Positions 29,501-35,842 of a DNA stretch of 64,000 nucleotides are shown piece by piece; the first letter of the stretch is position 1, and each line of letters starts with the position of its first letter. Position numbers and translations under genes: made by a program. The DNA is from Giardia intestinalis. Its lineage: Eukaryota. Where the stretch lies: assembly GCA_000002435.2 (NCBI GenBank), contig CM018792.1; one strand, given 5' to 3'. The notes beneath the pieces were generated by a model. It was not told the DNA's origin and did no database searches. It worked only from the letters and a program-made list of their open reading frames with translations.

Positions 29501-32500
29501 AGACGAAGTGACCCAAAAGCCATACGTCTGTATCGACACTGATGCCACCTCTTTACAAGACTCTACACAGGATGCATTCCATGTATTTACGCACGCAAGA
29601 GCAACTGAGTTTCTCCATAGGGTTGATCCAGAAAGCCTGAAGATTCCAGAGGAAGATGCTTTCAAGATCGGCATTTTGCCTGATGCCGGCGGGGTATATC
29701 GTTATGCACGACCAGCGCTCCACCTATCACAAGCAGACGATTTGCTAGTAACGGATCCACAGGGAAATGAAATTAAGGTCGAAGATGCCCTTGAAGCAGG
29801 ATATGCAGGGCCGTTCGGTTCACAACAGGAGTATTACTATTTCTCCCCAGCTCTTCCTGGAGAAACAAGGGCTTGTGAGGTAATTTCCAATGGTTCAAAA
29901 TTACGCATAATCACCAACAATGACGAAAACACTGCTTATGAAGTTGCTGTAGCTGATGCATACAAATATGGATTTCTTCCTGCGCTTAATGGTACATACC
30001 ACTACGCAGGAGATCTGCCATATCTTAGAGAGCTCGATACAGAATCTAACGTTCTATATGACCTCTTGGATAAGCCTGTTAACCGTGAAGACGCAGAACA
30101 ACACGGATACTTGCGTCATAGCGATGGGAAGTACTATTACATAGGCTTATCTAACCTACCTCAGAAACAAAGTCCTCCATCAACCGTACGGCTATCATCT
30201 TCTATCGACATTTGCGACTCTTCGTTTGATAGTCAATTGGAAAATGACGGTATTAACATCGCAAATGCTGACATAACATTGCTATACGATAAGTATATTG
30301 ACGTATTCATAGAAAAGGATACAGGATACGTCGTTGACAATAAGGCTATGCTTAAAGAGTATGGGTACCTGATCGATAATACAAACACTCCTCATTTTGT
30401 AGGGATAAACAATTTGGGAGAGGTTCTTCCACGTGATGCAGATTTGGATGCTATAGACCAGTCGAAAACCATAATCACCGGTTATAATAACAAAATATAT
30501 GTTTATGATCAGAAAAACATTGATACATATTATGAAAATAACGTTGCAATTGTACCTAAGAAGATTGATATTATAAAACTTCAAAAGCGGCTTGAAACCA
30601 TTAATGATCCAAACCAAGTGAGAAAGCTGGCGGAGCATATGCAGCGTTTGGACAAGCGGCAGTTGGAAGCTTCTCAGCCTCCTGCTCGTGACATCAGCTC
30701 TTGTAGCAGTGAAAAGGTGAGCATACTGATTGATGACGGCATTGGAAAAAGCACCATTCTAAACGTTAAAAGTAACGAGCTACAGAATGTTGCATCTAGT
30801 ACCTCACCAAAAGTAGAAGCCACTATCACTCAACGTGAACATAGACAGCCAAAGGATGTAGCTAATGATCTCATTGTAGAGGAACTCGTAAATACACAAG
30901 CGCAACTTCATGACCATTTGCCGGCGTGTGAACTAACTGGAGAAATAAGCAGCAGTGTAGTGCATGTTGAACCAACTGGTCATGCTTCAAGAAATCCGAT
31001 CGATACCCTTGATAATTGTACAATCATCGATAATACTTCTTTAGGAGCTGGGTTGGGCCATGCATCGACAGTACGCAAGGTTACCACTCTCTGCAGCCAT
31101 AACATTGATCGAGAGCTTTTGGGACACCAGGGGGGCTATTTCTACTCTCCTGGTCATGCCGTCTTTAAACGACACGGACCAGGATTAGTTGTTACAACTT
31201 ACGGTTCTGTCGATGACACCTTTGTACATGTGAAAAGCCCAAACTATAGGACTCATATGTTGACTCCGTCCAGAAAGGGCCGCATTGTTATTCAGAACAT
31301 CATTAAGCCGTCACCTAATACCAGTATACGGCCATTGTTCGATCGAGAGGCTGGAATTGTCTTCGATGAGCAAACAAATGAGATTTTGGGCCACGTCAAC
31401 GAAACAACTGGTGACATCGAAGACACCACTGGGCGCACAATTGGACATAGCGAGCTCAGATCTCGAACTATTAAGTATGTTAGCACAGAGAGCTCTCTAA
31501 AGCAGGCGTCAATACATAGGCTGCGCTCGACAACTGTGGCTTCTACTACCACTTCACTACAACGTAGCCGCTCCCACGATCCTCGGCATTCCGTAGAACT
31601 AGGACAAGAGAACTATATCTTTGGTGAATTTGTAGAAACACCCATGCGTGTTGTAAGCACTAAAGCATACATAGCAATGAATACACCCACACAGATGAAG
31701 GATCCAAGCGTTCCCCTGCTTTCTTCAAGCGTAACAGGGCTATCTTCTCGCCGAAATCTTATCGATTCTAAGTCTGGAAGGACAACGCAGGGCCTCACTA
31801 AATCAAGCATGGTGCTGGTAACTCTTCACGATCCTGATGCTCCTCTGGACTTGGATCCACACGCCATTACAGCGTTCCAAGTCAATACGCATACGGAGAC
31901 TGTCCTTCGTGGAGGTTCTGCTCCAGCAAGGGGGTCCTTCGGACTGTCAGATACTGGGTTCAAAGAGGACAGTATTGTCTCTATGCACGATGGGATGTTT
32001 CCTGGTATTGAGGATCGTACCCAGTTGGGGGTGACTCCGACTGAGCTCGTACGAGCCACGTCCCATCGTGCAATTGGACGCAGTCCATCAATAATACCTG
32101 GAATGCATAACCCTGCACCTCCATCGCTTAATACGTTATACAGAGAAGGAAAGACTCTGAATGCTCTGTCTAACGCTTTGCCAGTTACCCCTCAGAAGCC
32201 CCCTGATTCCGCCCTCCATCGTGCCTCTTCAAAACGTGATATGTCTATTGGTTATCCTATATGCCAAAGGTCTGTACGCCGAGCGCAATCAATGCGATAT
32301 ATGACAGGTCACATGCTTCCATCGATGATACTTCCACATGAGCTGCTTCGGCGTCCCTATTACAAGGACGCAACATCTAAATGGATTCCTTACACTCAAG
32401 TCACGCTGGTGCCAGACGATTCAAAGATGCTTTCAGAGTCACACTCTGCTCCTCTTAGCATCTTGCAAAGCCTTGCCTATCGTACACTGCAGCACGGTGT

Positions 32501-33314
32501 CCTGTCTACAAAGCCCCTTCGTCCACATACGACAAACGATGCATCAGAAGCTACCTCCACTACAAGCCGTGTAGCCCTAGCTTCTGATGATGAAGATTTA
32601 ATTGAAGCAGATATAGGGTGTAGCAAGCCACCTCAAGTGCTTCCCTCAATGCGATGCCTAAACAAGTTTGTCGCTATGAAAGACTCAACAACCACGCACA
32701 TAAAGGGTAGTGAAGGTCGGGCTTTGAATCCGCATAACAAAGACACAGGCACAGTATTGAGAGGGGCCAGCAACCCAGTTGTTTCCGAACGAATATCTTA
32801 CAATCTTTCCCAAGAAGCCCGTGCAAAGTCGTCTTGTTTGGCTAAAGAATCTGAATATCAGTTTGTGCAGGTGGGCTCTCTGCCGCCCTCTAGCCTCCCA
32901 GCCACATTTCCACTGGTAACTAGCGCGATGGAAAGCACTGAAGCGCTTTCATCTCTTTGTCAGAAACACGAACGCAGCCCAATGCATGTGCATTCACTTA
33001 CTAAAACTGAAAAACCTAAGGAGACTCCGCTTTGCGACGTTGCTCCACCTTCGCCTGAGACAAAACAGTGTGATAATGTCCACCGGCCTAGAAACCTAGT
33101 TACATCGCGCAGGTTGCTGTCAGCTCAGCTAAAAGGATCTAGTTCTCAACAGGCCCGCCAACCCCGCATAATACAGATCATTCAGAACGATCTAAACACA
33201 TCTGCATCGTCTAGAACACACGGCCTTCAAGCGCACTCCGCCTCAGATGCTGCAAAAAAACTGGAAACAAGTGGCCTTGCTATCAATACCTCTCCTCGCA
33301 GACGTTGCCGGTAA
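26553..33314 (+). CDS. giant coiled-coil protein, paralogue 4 (2253 aa) with internal Y/G-rich repeats
   Basis: 'ERPLYVLFEPQLGCDPLTDHQTPKDVYPVF' domain, ~400 aa of coiled coil, 'DRYKPDN', six 'EDAxxxGYxGP..nGtYyYxG..LP' repeats, and a ~1000-aa S/T-rich tail. Confidence 0.8.
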   Translation: MMATDPLGLDMAELGIVINHGDLQDVHSGCLKYTPEALALVNELTANIATILTDSITAVFTTLKDRIHERPLYVLFEPQLGCDPLTDHQTPKDVYPVFSEAISSAEKRLSETSIVMIADELRAKIVTMLNLEVSKTNALKAQAEDALGELATLKAKLLMKDKFIQQIMQSKSEDHSKFISEITVLREQAFMKRRFGDRYKPDNIDKAADDGQQQGLGGSLLGSTGEFAVGQGNQANKLIRDQLAATVAENKELKLKLEATGLAHKKVEELEEECTALRLNIQNLESSHTETIAKLESSLKEKNLLISTYQDNERALNTSVQELTKQLRSLEKRRPTSSDITSRTDTDLFRENTELKSRVFELQEQLMTNQLEKKQDPTEDASLAETLSNLQKELQEKTAEASLYRQKLEEAGLLNAPVDAFIKLADHNTAVAAFTSQIDELEAQNQALVELSEKLQRQVDQLIENEAAEINNVLEANEILHKQKLKNAVEAAVCIDSFNESIQAAKRAITNFDDFGCQVPDKRARKSALRSGEGDDLDVQDDEGCKEDAEASRIRRAIDAARKIYASRLPAMNEPTLSYDVSSVDEVFKQLFDTAKTAKTQLMKKHHETLKNEAQTLMRNLNLHDRIARTISHYTNFVDQPAKDPLKLLSKEQLRDVLCENIDVGPFDDSSPEQDEMLARLPDASHEMQDEASNRDSAVKEPHDSPPAKPDGPAPRSRKRRASPSKVRGGRSTLSTPISSTTRPATRKSGTTLSGTTTSRASELEELDGEKDFFRASVPDSPVRETFSVRTPASRGIESDRDSDDQVAYALADNGKRIAPMKHVRVPRLKSSGRGPRLLIRLLKDKLTGEIRDELGRLVSSENLYMYGYCLDIRGDLVYYGDCSVNKKASDDPDTIVRRFLAGDEGELLLPNGQRIFREDALRFGYKGPARNGTYIFIGQPLDLYDQVMRLSPDGVSAMVTKILGQDIEYDDIIADFTFKLDLDEVTQKPYVCIDTDATSLQDSTQDAFHVFTHARATEFLHRVDPESLKIPEEDAFKIGILPDAGGVYRYARPALHLSQADDLLVTDPQGNEIKVEDALEAGYAGPFGSQQEYYYFSPALPGETRACEVISNGSKLRIITNNDENTAYEVAVADAYKYGFLPALNGTYHYAGDLPYLRELDTESNVLYDLLDKPVNREDAEQHGYLRHSDGKYYYIGLSNLPQKQSPPSTVRLSSSIDICDSSFDSQLENDGINIANADITLLYDKYIDVFIEKDTGYVVDNKAMLKEYGYLIDNTNTPHFVGINNLGEVLPRDADLDAIDQSKTIITGYNNKIYVYDQKNIDTYYENNVAIVPKKIDIIKLQKRLETINDPNQVRKLAEHMQRLDKRQLEASQPPARDISSCSSEKVSILIDDGIGKSTILNVKSNELQNVASSTSPKVEATITQREHRQPKDVANDLIVEELVNTQAQLHDHLPACELTGEISSSVVHVEPTGHASRNPIDTLDNCTIIDNTSLGAGLGHASTVRKVTTLCSHNIDRELLGHQGGYFYSPGHAVFKRHGPGLVVTTYGSVDDTFVHVKSPNYRTHMLTPSRKGRIVIQNIIKPSPNTSIRPLFDREAGIVFDEQTNEILGHVNETTGDIEDTTGRTIGHSELRSRTIKYVSTESSLKQASIHRLRSTTVASTTTSLQRSRSHDPRHSVELGQENYIFGEFVETPMRVVSTKAYIAMNTPTQMKDPSVPLLSSSVTGLSSRRNLIDSKSGRTTQGLTKSSMVLVTLHDPDAPLDLDPHAITAFQVNTHTETVLRGGSAPARGSFGLSDTGFKEDSIVSMHDGMFPGIEDRTQLGVTPTELVRATSHRAIGRSPSIIPGMHNPAPPSLNTLYREGKTLNALSNALPVTPQKPPDSALHRASSKRDMSIGYPICQRSVRRAQSMRYMTGHMLPSMILPHELLRRPYYKDATSKWIPYTQVTLVPDDSKMLSESHSAPLSILQSLAYRTLQHGVLSTKPLRPHTTNDASEATSTTSRVALASDDEDLIEADIGCSKPPQVLPSMRCLNKFVAMKDSTTTHIKGSEGRALNPHNKDTGTVLRGASNPVVSERISYNLSQEARAKSSCLAKESEYQFVQVGSLPPSSLPATFPLVTSAMESTEALSSLCQKHERSPMHVHSLTKTEKPKETPLCDVAPPSPETKQCDNVHRPRNLVTSRRLLSAQLKGSSSQQARQPRIIQIIQNDLNTSASSRTHGLQAHSASDAAKKLETSGLAINTSPRRRCR
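29280..30430 (+). repeat. six divergent protein-level repeats (~35-40 aa each) inside paralogue 4; weak resemblance to plakin/plectin repeats
   Basis: The six units are 'LLPNGQRIFREDALRFGYKGPARNGTYIFIGQPLD', 'EEDAFKIGILPDAGGVYRYARPALHL', 'VTDPQGNEIKVEDALEAGYAGPFGSQQEYYYFSPALPGE', 'VADAYKYGFLPALNGTYHYAGDLPYL', 'VNREDAEQHGYLRHSDGKYYYIGLSNLP' and 'AMLKEYGYLIDNTNTPHFVGINNLGEVLP'. Confidence 0.5.
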
Positions 33315-33718
33315 GTCCTTTTCCATCATGAATTGGATATTTTCACTGCGAGTAAACTAATAGTCTAGCTTAGAGGAGCGTTTGTGGATACTGCCAAACG
33401 CAGCAGAATAGCCGCATCAGATGAGCATGTAGTTTATCGATACAGATGATATCACGAAGGCATCTAATGCTAGAAGAGCTGATGAACACCGTACGGTATC
33501 ACTTGACCTTCTGTTATCATGTCTTGCATCTCTATTGTCAGGTCTCCTAAAAGCTCACCATGGTCCAATATTTCTCGGACTTGGAAGGGCTTTTTGATAA
33601 GTTCTTACAAAGAGCCCCACAATAGTGTTTAAAAGAAGCCGTCTTAAGACACTGCCCAAGTACTTAGAACGATACACTGAAATCAACACTAAAAATACTG
33701 AATTGTGAGTTTTAATTA

Positions 33719-34552
33719 TCAAGCATTCTCGAGATGCATATTAGGATCCATTGAGTTAATTCCTACGGGGAGACACATCTGCCCTCCATAGCCCGCAGGG
33801 GGGAAGCATGGCACGCATGCGAATGCAACGGGCGACCCGAGGAGACCCTGGCCCGTCTGAAGCGGGAGGACGCCGGGCCCAGGAACGACCCCGGGCGGGA
33901 GGGCGAGGACGAGGCACCCCGGCGCGTGCGGGGGCAGAAGCGCAGAGACCGCGCCCGGGGCCACAAAGACCGGCCCCCCGACGGGCGGCACCAGCGGAGG
34001 CGTGGCGCAACCAAGAACGCAGGGGGGCGGGGGAGAGGCCGTCACAGGAGATGCCTCCTCCTCCTGCTTGGCCGCCCTCGGGCCGTATGTGCGGCGCGGC
34101 AGCACCACCCCGTGCTCCTCCAGGGCGGCGCGGACGTCCTGGGTGCGGAGCGCGTTGTTGTACGTCATCCGCAGCTCCTGGCGCGGATACTTCGCCCCGA
34201 AGCGCTCGTGGACCCTGCGGTAGAAGTCCGGGCCCAGGATGCTCCGGTCCCTGACCCCGGCGATGATCATCGCCTTGATGGCCCTGCGGTCCTCGCCGGT
34301 CATCTTCACGTTGAGGATGCTCCGCGAGTGCGTCTCGCGGTACCAGTGGTAGATCCTGCTCCGGTCCTCGGACAGGGCGCGGGCGATCTTCTTCCAGTCG
34401 ATGGCCGTCCGGAGCACGTGCCGGTGGAGGAGCAGCGGCCGCCGCGCGAGGCTCTCGGCCGTCTCCCCCAGCCGCCGGGCAGCGACGACCTGCTTCGCGA
34501 GCTCGAGCAGAACGGAGGCGCGCGTCTCCGCCGTCATTGCCCCAGAGCCCAT
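33719..34552 (-). CDS. GC-rich (about 95% GC3) gene for a 277-aa protein with a Myb/SANT-like N-terminus and a P/G/V-rich (elastin-like) C-terminal tail; possibly of foreign or mobile origin
   Basis: The coding frame is clear from extreme third-position GC ('ctg ctc gag ctc gcg aag cag gtc gtc...'). 'DWKKIARALSEDRSRIYHWYRETH' shows W-x17-W-x2-Y Myb-like spacing. The tail reads 'PPPPCVLGCATPPLVPPVGGPVFVAPGAV...PPGVVPGPGVLPL'. ATG at 34552. Confidence 0.6.
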   Translation of the reverse strand: MGSGAMTAETRASVLLELAKQVVAARRLGETAESLARRPLLLHRHVLRTAIDWKKIARALSEDRSRIYHWYRETHSRSILNVKMTGEDRRAIKAMIIAGVRDRSILGPDFYRRVHERFGAKYPRQELRMTYNNALRTQDVRAALEEHGVVLPRRTYGPRAAKQEEEASPVTASPPPPCVLGCATPPLVPPVGGPVFVAPGAVSALLPPHAPGCLVLALPPGVVPGPGVLPLQTGQGLLGSPVAFACVPCFPPAGYGGQMCLPVGINSMDPNMHLENA

Positions 34553-35160
34553 CCGATAGAAGCGGCGATAAAACTAAAAACAGACCAACGAATAATGTGA
34601 AATTAAATATGTACAGGCCTTGCACAAAAGCTTTAGCGGGTGTTTGTTGCCTGCCTGCCCCGGTCCGTCGGGCGAGCAGGGCGCCCTCACCCGGGCCATC
34701 GCCGCAGTACGAGTTGGCTTAGGCCGCCACACAGAACAGACTGCTTTGCACACGGCGGCGCCGGGGCTGATGTATTGATCGGAGGTTTTTGGTATTGCCG
34801 GGGATCCCCGCCCTCGGCCGCCAGGGAGAGCCGCGCCCTGCGCAGCCCCGGTTTGTCTGCAGATGCCCAGAGCTCTACGGAGGCGGGCAGGCTGGGGCCG
34901 TCCCCTTCGTTCGGGGCATCGCCGACGACGAGCTGCTGCCTGCGGCCTGCGGGGTCTTCCGCTCTGAGAGGGGCAACCGAGTGTCGTGGGCCGCAGCGCT
35001 CTGCAAGGCCTGCACACGACCAGGGGCTGCCAAGTTTTTTGAGCAGCTGGCTCTGACGCAGATTCTGCGGACGCCTGCTGCCGGCCCGGTCTACAGGGGC
35101 GCCCGCGTGTCTACTGTGACGACTTCCCTCATAGTGCAAAGAGTCCCTGCTTAGCCCTTT
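33760..35160. other. compositional island: ~1.4 kb at ~70% GC embedded in ~49% GC sequence. It contains the CDS above plus ~600 bp of GC-rich sequence with no ATG-initiated ORF.
   Basis: There are abrupt shifts at both borders. Overlapping ORFs appear in five frames, which is a signature of high GC. All the +strand and other -strand ORFs here start at TTG/GTG in the ORF track. It is flanked by ORF-free AT-rich spacers at 33315-33718 and 35161-35842. Confidence 0.7.
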
Positions 35161-35842
35161 CTGGGCATTTATGCGCTAATTGTATTCTCAAGTAGGCACT
35201 GTCTGTTTTCAGCTGCAGTTTTGAGCCAACCCAAAATGACAGTTGTGCTCTACTATTACCCTGTAACTTAATAATAGCGCAGCTGTGTCTACTGCATCGT
35301 TGATACTGGTCCGCTCCACAATTTTCCCATCAACATGCAGACTCATTGATTATATGCAATCCTGCTTATCACGTCGATAAGATGATATCGGTTTTTAAGG
35401 TTAGACGTTGACTATCTGTAGTATGATCACTACCAGTAAGTTCCTGTGACGTGCCTCAAAAGATATCAATGTTCTGTCCTAAAACTGGCTATATCAACTC
35501 GCGCGGTATTTGGCCTAAATATACAACCTGGGTTAGTATGCTGAGGCCCAACTGATATGCACGCAAATGTTTGATGCAAGGTAGCGGTACTTTGCTTTTG
35601 TCCATGTCAAAGTTGTAGTTTTAGGGGTGTTATCCTATCATCGCATTTGTAAGGGGACCTGGCCATAACAATTGGTGCCATACCGAAAAGTCCATGCAAT
35701 CAGAGCTGAGTCTTTGTTCAACCTTGTCACAATAGATTGTGACACTAACGTGCTTACTATTCTCGACACTACCAGCCAGACTTCACCGGGAAAAGCGCCC
35801 GTTATACTGTATATAGCTTGGTTGTACAGTATATTTACTCAG

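Noticed and set aside
33756-35154. Multiple long overlapping ORFs on both strands in the GC-rich island (33756-34625-, 33808-34254+, 33926-34600+, 34574-35017-, 34640-35056+, 34687-35139-, 34789-35154+)
   Set aside because: Open frames are expected by chance at ~70% GC, because stop codons are AT-rich. Their translations are Arg/Pro/Gly/Ala homopolymer-like. Several 'starts' are TTG or GTG on inspection (34640, 34789, 35017, 35139). Only the 33719-34552(-) frame shows the strong third-position GC periodicity of real coding sequence.
33760-35160. GC-rich island as a fragment of Giardia's extremely GC-rich rDNA
   Set aside because: The sequence shows clear triplet periodicity with G/C at codon position 3 and encodes a sensible protein. 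It contains none of the conserved SSU or LSU rRNA core motifs.
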